A DNA stretch of 63,868 bases, filler included, from Basidiobolus ranarum (Eukaryota): assembly GCA_040143965.1 (NCBI GenBank). It is 27 parts of 27 records of this genome, joined end to end, with 100 filler letters (N's around TTAATTAATTAA, not from the genome) between each part and the next. Parts side by side here need not be neighbours in the genome. Positions count along the whole stretch, not along the records: positions 11,880 to 14,153 come from JASJQH010003542.1; positions 14,254 to 16,526 come from JASJQH010003543.1; positions 16,627 to 18,899 come from JASJQH010003544.1; positions 19,000 to 21,272 come from JASJQH010003545.1; positions 21,373 to 23,644 come from JASJQH010003546.1; 22 more parts are not named here. One strand, 5' to 3'. The notes under the pieces are model-generated. The model saw nothing but the letters and a program-made list of their open reading frames with translations. It searched no databases and was not told the DNA's origin. Shown piece after piece: positions 11,880 through 23,644 of the stretch. Position 1 is the stretch's first letter, and the number at the start of each line of letters is the position of its first letter. A program made the translations under genes and the position numbers.

Positions 11880-12989
11880 CCAGTTCACCGTTATGGCAAG
11901 TAGGGCACAGACTTGAAGTTTTAAGCTCATCAGGGAGGTATAGCTGGAAGTCTTTTTTTGCTAACATTCTTCTCATTCCGACGCCTCTATTGAGCGAATG
12001 ATACTTTACATTTCCAATCGACCAGTTACCAAGTATTAATATAGTATCATTCCCAAACTTCTCTCAAAGATTCTTGGCAAGCCGTTAGTCTGATTGTAGT
12101 TGGTTAATGAAACTTGGGAGCTTCATTTTTCTAAAAGGTAACAAACTGCTGGTACGCCGGTCTCCTCCTGCAGAGCGATCTTCATTTGAGTAATGACCTA
12201 AACTTAATTGACTTACTCTTTCTTTGTTGTTTCATCACCTTTTATGTGAGGTCAGTAACGGTTCCCCGAACTACTTCTTTATCCAATAGTAGATTGAGTC
12301 TTTTGCAAATGATAATCTGTTGAATATGAGCCAAAAAGACTATTGATCATATCCAAATCGTTTGAGAAGAGATATTCTTTAGGTATATCTTCAATATTTC
12401 TTGATGAAATAGCCAGCTTGACCTTCTTTATATGCTCTATTATTGTCTTTATGGCTGTCCTAATCTCCTTCACACTTCCCTCACTCTTCTTCATTTTGCT
12501 TTCCAGCACCTCAAACCTTCGTTCTTCAAGAGCAAGTCAAGAATCATTCTCTTTGTTTCCAAATTGAAGGTTGAACCCATTCCAATATGCAGTGACAATT
12601 TTTGCTACTTCATACGAGGCTATCTGATGAGAATACTTCATGTTACCTGGTTTGTAAGGGCAGCACTGAAAGTACTTATACTGAAGCTTGAGTATTAGAT
12701 CTTTGTAGGCTCTTGGTTCTATCAAAACTTTCTGTTAGCTTTGCTTGTAGTTATTGAGGAGTGACAAAAAGGCTTCTTTAAAAGAGCCAACATTAATGAA
12801 AGCCTCCAAAAGAAACTCAGGATCAGCTTCCAGTTACTGAGAGCACATATACTTCAAAAAGGAAGACATACATGACATAAGGGTATGAACACTAGCTACT
12901 GGTGACATGAGTTGTGGGGCATATTATGACTTCTACCCAATACCAGTGATTGCGTTTTTGACAGCTATAATCTTTAGAGATGGTTCCAT
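11880..12989 (-). pseudogene. Fanzor1 (eukaryotic TnpB/IS605 OrfB-like RNA-guided nuclease) pseudogene, internally deleted, 3' end beyond the contig edge
   Basis: Manual translation from ATG 12989 across stops and frameshifts: MEPSLKIIAVKNAI..SFLKY..LEADPEFLLEAFIN..EAFLSLL..HQIASYEVAKIVTAYWNGFNLQFGNK/RMILDLLL..KVKLAIS..YSTDYHLQK/DSIYY, then LPFRKMK..KFGNDTILILGNWS..RGVGMRRMLAKKDFQLYLPDELKTSSLCPTCHNGEL; order and motifs match fungal Fanzor1 proteins as I recall them. Confidence 0.82.
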
Positions 12990-13315
12990 AAAGAGAATAA
13001 GAGAAAAAGCAAATTGATCTCTTGTTTAGTTGATGGATAGAAAGCTTTGTTAATTATATACTCTCAAAAAAACCTGATGAGTTACAACAATGAATTGCAC
13101 AATTCGCTCAGTGTTTTTGTTTACTTATCTCATAGTTGTGTTATTATGTTTACTTAGGTAGTGGCTTGGTTCAGCTGGAGTTGGTGCATTTGACAGATTC
13201 ATTTGTGACAAGGTGCAATATTGATGGCTTAGGCACAAGAAAGAATGATAACATGATAGTGTAGTGGGAGTATAATTAATAATCATAAATGATGGCTAAG
13301 TGCCCACTGCTCCAT

Positions 13316-13362
13316 ATTTTCGCATTCCTCTTTATTTTCACATTCCTCTTTATTTTCGCATC
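13316..13362. repeat. 18-bp tandem repeat, about 2.6 copies (ATTTTCRCATTCCTCTTT)
   Basis: Directly visible. Confidence 0.85.
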
Positions 13363-13964
13363 ATCACTGGCTGGACAGTAATATGACAACATATCAATCG
13401 GTGTTATTAACAGTCAACGTTTTCTAGATGAAACTTCCCCAATTCTTTTTATTTCACAGATGCCATCCGATGTCAGCCAGGGAAAGAAGTCAGTAGTAGA
13501 AACATTTCAGAGTTATATTGACGTAGTACTATTGCTCTTTACACGTGAAATCTTAAGATGCGGTAATGCATCATTTTTTACTTGCTAGACATAGTTCCAT
13601 TCCTCTCCGTGTCCATAATTGAGAATCGGTCAAGTTTCATCATGCAATGGATATACTTTGAACTCAAATCCGGAGTATTCACAAATTGACTACTGTTACA
13701 CTGCAGGTTTGAAAGATCTATGATTTACACGCGTTGAAGTGGATCTTTGGATAACTGAACACATGTTGTTGACTAGTATTGCCATACTTTCAACCATAAT
13801 TGGCCAAAAGTGCGTCCATCGACTTTTTAATAATGAATCATCTAAATTATTCTATAATGGCAGACGTCAAACCAAGCTTCATCATTCCTTAGTGAACAGT
13901 ATACACAATTAGGTCTCAATTCCTGGCAAATAGTCTATTCATCAAATACGACAACTATTTAGCT

Positions 13965-14106
13965 TTTATAGAATTCAATACACATTTATAGAATTCAATA
14001 TACATTTATAGAATTCGATACACATTTATAGAATTCAATACGCATTTATAGAATTCAATATACATTTATAGAATTCAATACACATTTATATAATTCACTA
14101 CACATT
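13965..14106. repeat. 20-bp minisatellite, 7 copies (TTTATAGAATTCAATACACA)
   Basis: Head-to-tail units with 0-2 substitutions and no spacers. Confidence 0.97.
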
Positions 14107-14253
14107 GGTACCTTTATGGTGTTCTATATGCCGATCACATCTTATTATTCTGTNNNNNNNNNNNNNNNNNNNNNNNNNNNNNNNNNNNNNNNNNNNNTTA
14201 ATTAATTAANNNNNNNNNNNNNNNNNNNNNNNNNNNNNNNNNNNNNNNNNNNN

Positions 14254-15693
14254 AGTTTTCCACATTTGTAATATTTCACAGTGCTCCTTTCTGGTTGGCT
14301 ATTTTGAGAATAAAATGCTTGTGTAGTTTTTGTTTCATCTGCAAGCTGACTTTTGTCTTTCCTTATAGATTCTTCTTGACATAGAAAAGAGTTCAGATAA
14401 TGCTGAGTAAGCTTATCCCCAATTGCTTCCAAAGTGTGTACAAGGGCTGAATATGATTCAGGGAGACCATTGATTATGGTGAGAATCATATCCATTTCAG
14501 GTACTTCATAATTCACTGATTCCAGTTGTTAGGCATGTTTCTTAACACTATTTACATATGTCTTAATATCTGATTCCTCAGACATACAAGAGTTCAAGAA
14601 TTATCTTTATAGCATTATCAAGTGAACAAGCCCTTTTTGCTCATGATGGTCCACTACAATTTCCCATGCATTCTTAGCAGAGTCAGCATCTCTGACTAGC
14701 ATAAGGGTTGTGATCCCAGTCTTAAAAATATATTCCTAAATGCCAATCTGTCTTTTTCTTTGAAGGCTCCCCTGGCTTCTTTATGTGTTGGCTTCTTTTT
14801 TTAGTGTCAGAATCTGTACTTTTTCTTCAGAAGTTTCTTCTTCTTCCTCAGGTTGAACTTCTTCCTAGACATGTTTCCCTTCCAGCACAAGTTGCATCTT
14901 GAATTTGCATTCATGGAAATCTTCCATATTGAATGTTGGAATATTTGTAATCTCCTTTTGGGAAGAAGACTGTAATCCACTTGCTCCTACCATGTTGGAG
15001 GATCTTGACATAATGGGGGTAGACTTTGGGTATTAGAAGCTACTTATGATAGTGTGTTTGAGTTACTTTATTCTTAAGAGTATATGGTGACTTATAAAGT
15101 AGAAAAGTAAGTCAATTGTTTGAGATATTCAAGAGTTTGTGTAATAAAATATAATAGATAAGTGGGGGTAATAAGACATACTTGTTATATAGATATTGAG
15201 ATATTCCTATTTTGAATATAAGGGCTATAGATACAATGCTTTCTGTTTCTGATATATATATCATAACTAAAGTTAACTTTGATGTTGAATATATTGGAAA
15301 AATATGGGCTATTTGGATGAACTTTAGAAAAGTGGAGTTGTGATTAGCTTTTGTGAGATAATTATTTATTGTCCAGAAGTAAAGCATTTATATATTTTGT
15401 TGGAAATACAGAAAACTAGCAATGGGATTGTGTTCAGAACATCTGTGGGAGTAAAATGAGCTATCTTTGGGACAATTTGGATGAGTTTGGAATTTTCAAT
15501 ATGGAATTGCTAATTCTCACATTATTCAAATATATGTATAATATATGTTCCAATTTTCAGTTAAGTGATATTTGACTAAGTAATGTTAACTAACTTATAT
15601 GTGATATATGAAATAGTTGGGTGTATAAAGATAGAGATAATAAATAAGACAAAGACAATAAACATCAACAGAATAAAGATTAATTATCCAACA
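14254..15693 (-). mobile_element. Copia family B 5' LTR (14993-15693), PBS-like TGGTAGGAGC and decayed gag
   Basis: LTR TGTTG...CAACA on the minus strand; gag FHECKFKMQLVL..DSAKNAWEIV..ILTIINGLPESYSALV. Confidence 0.85.
15292..15670 (-). repeat. Copia family A solo LTR with 5-bp TSD GAATA, nested inside the family B LTR
   Basis: GAATA at 15287-15291 and 15671-15675; LTR matches 8468-8843. Confidence 0.92.
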
Positions 15694-16526
15694 GTTTTGC
15701 AATCCAGAAGGGTGGATCCAATTGGGATCAAATTGATTTTATTTTTGTCAGGGTACTTCTTTAGCTGCTTTCCCTTCTTTTCCAAGTTGATAGTTGTGTA
15801 CATTTTTGAGATGTTTCACAAATAGGCCTATACTAGCCCAATTGCCATTGGCTTGCAAAAGCCCAGGATAAGCCACATGAAAGAAGTCAAGAACCTTCAG
15901 AGTAATGACTGAAGTCATGTACTATTTGCACACAATTGGCAATCACTGAATTGGGTAAATATTGTTTGTATTTGGCTTTCCTACCATTGATTTTCCATCT
16001 TAAAGTTTTGATGAAATAACCAACATATAGATCATTGATCAAATACCAAAGTACTCACCATAAAGCTGATGGTATTACCTACATACCTGATGATTATAAC
16101 TACCAGAATCTGAAAGGTCAAGGTTTCCTTGAGAATACATATGAACATGAATTTGCTTTGGCTGTGGATGGTTTCTCACTAAACAAATATACTATTGGAA
16201 ATGCTTGCTGGCCAATAATTTCAATTAAATTAAATCTTCCTCCTTCTGAATAGTATAAGTCATAATATTTTGATACAATCCATCATATCTGGACCTAAAT
16301 TACCAGTGCTTATACAAAGCTTCTTGGAGCCTTCAATTGTGGAATTTCAATGGTCATCTAATGGGGTTCAGATTATGAGTATTCTACCCTAACAAGAATA
16401 ATGTCAATTTGATCTGGATTGAATCCACCCTTTTAAAGTGCAAAACCATCAGAGAACTGTCACAATATTGCTGGCTTGCATTCTGCCAGGGATTTTTATG
16501 GTGTGATGGCAGTTTCTTGATGGTAT
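15694..16526. mobile_element. Nested CMC transposon pieces: terminus at 15753, ORF2 scrap, transposase fragment (+, about 15907-16386), second terminus starting at 16387
   Basis: FALAVDGFSLNKY..CWPIISIKLNLPPSE..SGPKLP..FLEP (Tnp2/Transposase_21-like); CCCTAACAAGAAT at 16387. Confidence 0.85.
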
Positions 16527-16626
16527 NNNNNNNNNNNNNNNNNNNNNNNNNNNNNNNNNNNNNNNNNNNNTTAATTAATTAANNNNNNNNNNNNNNNNNN
16601 NNNNNNNNNNNNNNNNNNNNNNNNNN

Positions 16627-18424
16627 GCCTTTCCAACGGTATATTTGCTTAGTGAGAAACCATCCAGAGCCAATGCAAATGCATGATCATACATGTTCTC
16701 AAAGAAACCTTGACTTTTCAGATTCTGGTAGTGATATGCATCAAGTATATTGGTAATACCATCAGCTTTATGGTGAGTGCTTTGGTATTGGATCAATGAT
16801 CTATATTTGGGTAAATTCATCAAAACTTTAAGACAGGGAATCAATGGTATGTAAGACAAATATAAGCACTATTTACCTGCTTCAGTGATTGCAAATTGTG
16901 TGCAAACAGTACATAACTTCAGGTTTTTCAGATCACCAGTCAAAGCCAATCAACCATTTGGACATGAAGGTAGTTTACTGAAAGACTATAAGTCATACAA
17001 TCGACAAGTTTTTTCCACCTGTACCAGGTCTGTTGCAAGTAACAGTTGCCAATCAACTGTGGTAAAAGTGTAAGAAAACCAATAAACACCTAGTTGCTAA
17101 GGTTGAATTGAACTTTCCACTCCTGAATTTTCAAAGCTGCTTCCTTTACAGTAAGCATTATGAGTGGACTAATGTTTACCAATAACTAAGAGTACATAAC
17201 AAAACCATTGTCTTCTTCTTCAACTTCTGATATACTACCATCAGAACATGAATAACCAAGGTCAACATCTACCTGCAAGTTCTCAAAGTTGTCTGGACTT
17301 ACTGGTTCAACCAAAGTTGCATTTTGACCTACATCATTCTGGTCATATAACTGTGTTAACTTCATGGTATCTTGACTTTTGGCTGTGCTACCAAAACTTT
17401 GAGGCAAACTACAGTCAGAGGACTCAATAGGCAAACCTAAAGTCAATTTAGTGCACTTATTTTTGTTATTATACACCAGGCTTTGTGCAGCTGGTGGCTT
17501 TGTACAGTGACCATGCTTGTAATTTTTTTTTCTATGAAGCCTCTGGCTTTCATAGCACAAGAATTTGTGACAATAATAGCAGGGCTTCTTTAAACATTTT
17601 GTTGTGGCATGAGAAGGATATTGTGAAATAAAGAACACCTCCTGTGTATGAATGGTATTCTAGGTATAGCCTATCAATACCTTCTGCTAATTCTTAGATG
17701 GTGTCACAGATGAGCCATCAGGGGATTTACAAAATATTTGAGGTAATGGATGGCAATTTTGGTTAATTTTATGCTATTTCCAAGCAATTTCATTACCCCA
17801 AGTTTACCATCTGAAAGTTTCATTACTATTCAAAAAGCATTGAAAAATAAATCAAAAGCAGCTTCCAAGCCAAAGCGTGCTGGCACAAAAGGAAAAAAAC
17901 CTGCCAGAACAGAGGACTTGATTGATTAGCAGTCTAGCAATCCACTATCTGCTTTGGAAGGCATTAACATGCTGGAAACTAACTTAAGTAAAGATGAAGC
18001 ATTAATCAATTTACCAGAGGTGTTCCTTTCTAGCAATTGTGCAAGTGAAGAGATTGTAGTCCTCCAATTACATAGTAAATCAATAGTTGAGCAAAGTTCA
18101 ACCAAAACACCATCAAGACCATCAACTTCCAAATTGGCTACTTTGCCCACTATTGAACAACCCTCCATAGAAAGTTTGGATAAAATTATCACAACAGGGG
18201 AATTGCAGGCAGAACACCCCCTAACAAAAATAAAATCGTAATGATTTGTATGCAATCATCAGTAAAAACAATGAAGTTGGTATACAGGCCATGAAAAGCA
18301 ATAACATCACAATATTGCAATAAATGCAGCATTTAGAAGCAACTAGTCAACAGTTAGAGTGTCACTCATCGATGATACAAGACCTTCAGAATGCAGTACT
18401 TGAACTACAGCAACATGCTGCTAT
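16627..18424. mobile_element. CMC transposon central region: 5' half of the transposase (-, about 16627-17640) and divergently oriented ORF2 5' part (+, about 17820-18424)
   Basis: YIPLIPCLKVL..DAYHYQNL..ALALDGF on the minus strand; the plus-strand low-complexity frame matches 38390-38610 in reverse. Confidence 0.8.
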
Positions 18425-18899
18425 TGTCATAATTCTGATCTAGGCATACTGATCCCCTATAAATACAACTTCTCTATTATTAGATTATGATATCATATCC
18501 GCTGTGCAATCCCTTCTTAGCAATCTTGTGTCAGTTCATCCAGATTATCCTATATGGAAATTATGTTCTTTGGAAGAATCCATGAAACCTAACCAATCAT
18601 GTAATCCCACACATAGTGTATTTCAGCCAATACCTTCCATGGAAGGTCACCTGATCAGGCTTACATCATTCTTACATCATCCCTCTTTGTATCGGTCTTT
18701 GTAGTCCCCAACACCCCAGCTCAAAAACTTGCCACAATATATTCCCTATTCAGTATATTATGTTTCACCTTGCAATATCTATATAAGTCCCATGTATTCC
18801 TTGATCAGACTGAGGTCTGATCAATGCCAGTTATCAATAAAGATTCTTGCCAAAGTATCTTCCTTGTCCAGTCTTGTCTTGTGGTCTACACCCAAGTAC
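18425..18899 (+). repeat. Gypsy (chromovirus) LTR, truncated by the contig edge
   Basis: Starts TGTCA; matches 26621-27150. Confidence 0.9.
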
Positions 18900-18999
18900 N
18901 NNNNNNNNNNNNNNNNNNNNNNNNNNNNNNNNNNNNNNNNNNNTTAATTAATTAANNNNNNNNNNNNNNNNNNNNNNNNNNNNNNNNNNNNNNNNNNNN

Positions 19000-19624
19000 C
19001 CCTGTTCTAGAAGCCTATGCCATGACTGAGTCTGCCCATCAAATGACATCTAACCCCCTCCCACCAGCTTCTCGTAAACCAGGCTCAGTGGGTATTGGTC
19101 AAGGAGTTCAAGTGGCCATTCTTGATGATCAAGGTAATCGTGTAGAATTAGGGGAAGTGTGTATTAAGGGAGAGAATGTTACCAAGGGATACTTGAACAA
19201 TGCTGCCGCTAATGAATCCTCTTTCACTAAAGATGGCTGGTTCCGTACCGGTGATCAAGGTAAAATCGATAAGGAAGGATATCTTTTCCTTACTGGGCGT
19301 ATTAAGGAGTTGATCAATCGTGGTGGTGAGAAGATTTCTCCGTTGGAAGTTGATAGTACTCTCCTACATCATCCCAAGGTGTCTGAGGTCGTATGCTTTG
19401 CTGTACCAGATGAGATGTATGGTCAGGAAGTTCACGCAGCAGTTATCCCTAAGAAAGGTGAAACAGTCAGTGAAGAGGAACTTCAAACTTTCTGCAAGCA
19501 GAGTCTCGCTAGCTTTAAAATCCCCAAGAAGATATACATAACTGATTTCTTCCCCAAAACTGCCACCGGTAAAATCCAGAGAAGAATCGTTTCTGAATAC
19601 TTCCTTAAGAAGGCCAAATTGTAA
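19000..19624 (+). CDS. PCS60: Peroxisomal acyl-CoA/oxalate-CoA ligase (Pcs60/AAE3-like), C-terminal part
   Basis: EAYAMTESAHQMTSNPLPP, GWFRTGDQG, GRIKELINRGGEKISPLEVD, PKTATGKIQRR; C-terminal PTS1 signal AKL. Confidence 0.9.
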
Positions 19625-20259
19625 CGAAATCAACTCACTTATTCAATACTGAAATTTACTCTAGCTGAAATATACGGAGTCATTCCATGCACAAAAGAAA
19701 GCCTCCCCCCAAATGATTCTCGAAAATAAATGTCAATACCTCGTATACACAGCCAAGTCTTATGATACACACTATAGGGATTGGGACGACTTTTCTAGCA
19801 TGTATTTGTAATATACATGTAAAAGTATGCAAGTACCTGGTTAGCTCAGAGTCTCTCAGTAGGTAGGAAGTAGATGTAGTTCTGTCAGAAGCTCTGCCGG
19901 GTACATCTTCGGCAATTGTATATCGCTTGCAAAGCAACACTTAATCTTGTCACAGGTCATGCCGATCACTAGAAACATCAACCTTGATCTATTCAATGTA
20001 CATACATCTCATTACTCTGATTCAAAGATTTTGGCATTTACAATCTCTCTAATAATCCCAAAAGACTTTCTATCTAGGTGCCATTAGAAGCTTTAAGAAG
20101 TTAGATATCCAAATACAATTTACAAAGTATCATCTATTCATGCCATTATGATTTGCTCTGGATTGGGTAAAAAAGTGGACTAAATTGGAGAAGTCATAAT
20201 GCTAACTGATTATATAGAATGAAAGAAATGTGTCATGACAAATTAGAATTGGGTTTGGT

Positions 20260-21183
20260 TCAACTATCAAATACAACGCTCAAGCCAAGTTTATGTGTAT
20301 CTTTTGTCAGACGAGTGGTATCAAATATTCCCGCTATTGATACCTTGCCACCGCGACGAATAGCTTGAGTATAACTAACCCCAAGTTTGCCGGTATTACT
20401 GATCTTTGCTTTTACAAATGTACTCTTGTCTAGGAAATATTTGGTACCGACCTCGAGGGTAACAGGTGCTTGAGGGGATTTTGAACTCCAAACTGCCTTA
20501 GCACCGGCCTCAACATCAGTATTGACACGATGATAGTAAGAGACAGAGAAGATTGAGAGGGCATTGATAGTCTGCAGGGTAATAGCGTGGTCGGAAGCGA
20601 CATATCCAAGAGTAGCATTGGATTTTGTAACTTTAGCACCAAGAGTATCATACCCTATTTCAGCACCAACTAAAAACCCATCTTGACCAACAACAACATC
20701 AGCATGGAACGTAGGACCCTTCAAAAGATCAACATTGACTCGAGTAAATAATTTGGGTTGCTTGTATTCCAAAGAAACTTTGGCACTTTTCGAACCAACT
20801 GTGGGTAGAAAAGAACCAAAGACATCCACTTTTAACCCCTTGATTTTATCTTTGATTTCGACTTGAGAGGTAATGAGATTACTGGTAGTCCAGCTCTCAG
20901 TATATGTTACACCATTCTTGACATCATTATATTTACTCTTTAACTCAGCATTTATGGCACCAGTCTTATTATCTTGAGCACCAGTCACGCTAAAATTCTA
21001 TACAAAATAAAGTTTCTAGTTGAATAAATTTGACAACCAACAGATAGACGAAAATAAGTGAACCAAATGAGCACGGCTACGTTTGTATTGAAACCGAGTA
21101 CGAAAAAGATAACTTACAACACCGCTGGCAGTGGAGGTTTTAACCTCGAGTTTGACAGTGCCATTGATAAGAAACTGTGGCAT
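20260..21183 (-). CDS. POR1: Mitochondrial outer-membrane porin VDAC; exons 21183-21118 and 20997-20260; usual N-terminal helix not visible
   Basis: GTVKLEVKTSTASGV/NFSVTGAQD..TESWTTSN..SYYHRVN..LEVGTKY..VKAKISNTGKLG..HKLGLS; GTAAGT...TAG intron 20998-21117 keeps the frame. Confidence 0.9.
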
Positions 21184-21184
21184 T

Positions 21185-21272
21185 TTGATCCTTGCCAGAC
21201 TCTTCCCATTACACCTACTCTTAAGGATGCATGGCTATCTGGTTTTACTGATGCAGAAGGGTGCTTCAATGT
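21185..21272 (+). pseudogene. LAGLIDADG homing endonuclease fragment of mitochondrial-intron type (NUMT-like)
   Basis: PTLKDAWLSGFTDAEGCFNV matches the LAGLIDADG helix motif; truncated by the contig edge; left boundary approximate. Confidence 0.8.
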
Positions 21273-21405
21273 NNNNNNNNNNNNNNNNNNNNNNNNNNNN
21301 NNNNNNNNNNNNNNNNTTAATTAATTAANNNNNNNNNNNNNNNNNNNNNNNNNNNNNNNNNNNNNNNNNNNNGAGTTGACTAACAAATTCGTACCCCTTG
21401 AACAG

Positions 21406-23644
21406 CTGACAGATACCTGTGTTAAGAATGGAGGAAACCATTTCTTAATTGAAATAGCCTCCCGAGAGTTTATGGACAATCTAGTAGCAATATTGAAAAA
21501 CTCGGTAAATATTAGTCTTATTAGTCAAGTAGCATACACGTTCAGTGGTAACTTTATTTTTTGACAGACTAGCGTCAATCGAGAAGTGAAATATAAGATT
21601 CTTGACTTAATCAAGTCTTGGGCTGAGGCTTTCCATTCCAAAAACGAACTTTTTTATATTCAACAAGTTTATAAGCGCTTGGAGGTTGAAGGTATATTCC
21701 AGTTCTTCTACAGTTATTTGACCAAATGAACTCACTAAAATGTTGCAGGATATCCGTTTCCCAAAACTTCCAGAGTTAACCCTAATCTATTTGATACCAC
21801 CACCGTATGTTAATTTCAACGTTATTCAATTAACACATATCTCATCTGTCAATATCAACTAGGTTCCTGAATGGTCAGATAGTGATGTTTGTATGCGCTG
21901 TAGAACTCCGTTCACCATTACAACGAGAAAAGTAATATCATACACGGTCTACTATTACTTCGTGATTTAACAATCTAACTTGTTTGTAGCATCATTGTAG
22001 AAATTGTGGACAGACTTTTTGCCAACCGTGCTCATCTAACAACACTCCGCTGCCACACTTTGGGGTTCATGAGAGTGTACGCGTTTGTCATGGATGCTAT
22101 CTAAAGCTCAAGAAAGTTGTAGGGTAAGGCTCTCCCAATATTCGCAAGACAGTATTTCAATTAACTTTAATCACTTTTCACGACTACAGTCCAATAGAAG
22201 TATCTGAGAATATTAACTCCTCACAAACTTCAAGAGCCGCCACCGCTACTGTTGCAACTGGCATTCAGTCAACCCCCAATGAAGATGACGACTTGAAGCG
22301 TGCCATCGAGTTATCACTTAAAGAAGCTCAGAATCGATTTGGTCATGCCTCTATATCTCGCCCTAACTCGATAGAGAATTCAAAGATCGAACCCAATGTT
22401 AATGAGGTTAGTTACAAACAATAGCCATATATATTTTGGATACTCTTTAATTTGGTTTTCAATTTCAAGGATGAAGAAGCTAACTTAGCCACTGCTATTG
22501 CTGCTTCTTTGAGGGAAACCCATATTTCTCAAACGTGGCCGGATCCGACCAAACAACTCCAGTCTAATAATCAGGTTAGCCATATTGCCCTATTGAAGCA
22601 TTTTGTGTAAGCTAATAATCCTGCTTTAGAATCAGAGAACCGCTTCGTTTCCTGGTGAATTGTCAACATCGGAAAAAGAAAATATTGAGATGTTCGCAAC
22701 CCTTGTTAGTAGAATTCAACAAAGCGGAGATGACCCTACGAGAGATTCAAACATTCAGGTGACTTTCTAAGCATTAGAGTACCCTTTGTTAACTACTTGG
22801 TATACTAATTTCAAGATCTGACTTTTAGGAATTATATGGAGAAGTTGGTGCCTTACAATCAAAACTAGTTCAAAATCTTGAAGACTCAATGCAACAGCAT
22901 CGTAAGTTTCGCACCATTTTTCACCCTTTAGTCAAATCTAAATTTTTTAATCAACAAATAGGCAGCTATGTACAACTTTATGACAAAATCACCACTGCTG
23001 TTAAACTTTATGAACGTTTATTAGAGGAGCGTTTATCAAACATTCATATCACACAGCCGTTACAAAGAAATACTAATGACTACCGATTTGCTCATCCGCA
23101 AACCTACCCCCGACTTTCCTCTGTGACTCAACAATACCCTCAAAAGAAGAGTTACGTGGATTATAGCAAATACCCCTCATCATCTAGAGCTTCCCATGAA
23201 GATTTTACATCTAGAGTTGAACATCCTACAAATCATAGCCACCTGCAACAATATGGATACATGTATCCACCTATCTGCTTTACCCCCGAACAAAGAAATC
23301 CTTACACTGAAGTCGTTGCTATGTCGAGTGGTTCAGAGCAAAATGGCTATACGAGACCCGCGGATCCTAGAAGTCAGGCTTATTTCAACTTTACTAATGA
23401 TAATTCAACCAACAGCCAATCTGGGTAAGTACAACCTGTCACTTGAATTTACATCATACCTCGTTAGTAACACATTGTTGAACAGGTACTGCAAAAATGT
23501 GTACCCTCAACAACTAGCACCAGCACCACTCGTCAGTGACTCACTTCAAACCACTCATACCTGGCATCCTGCCAATCCAAGTAATTCTCACTTCGATGCT
23601 GCTACATCTTCATATCACACCTACCCGCCCCCCAAGGATACAAT
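21406..23644 (+). CDS. VPS27: Vps27/Hrs ESCRT-0 subunit (multi-exon, both ends truncated)
   Basis: [64 protein letters not shown]; UIMs [15 protein letters not shown] and [15 protein letters not shown]; many short GT-AG introns. Confidence 0.93.

Noticed and set aside
13965-14106. 20-bp repeats as a CRISPR array
   Set aside because: Units are contiguous with no unique spacers, no cas genes are present, and the context is eukaryotic
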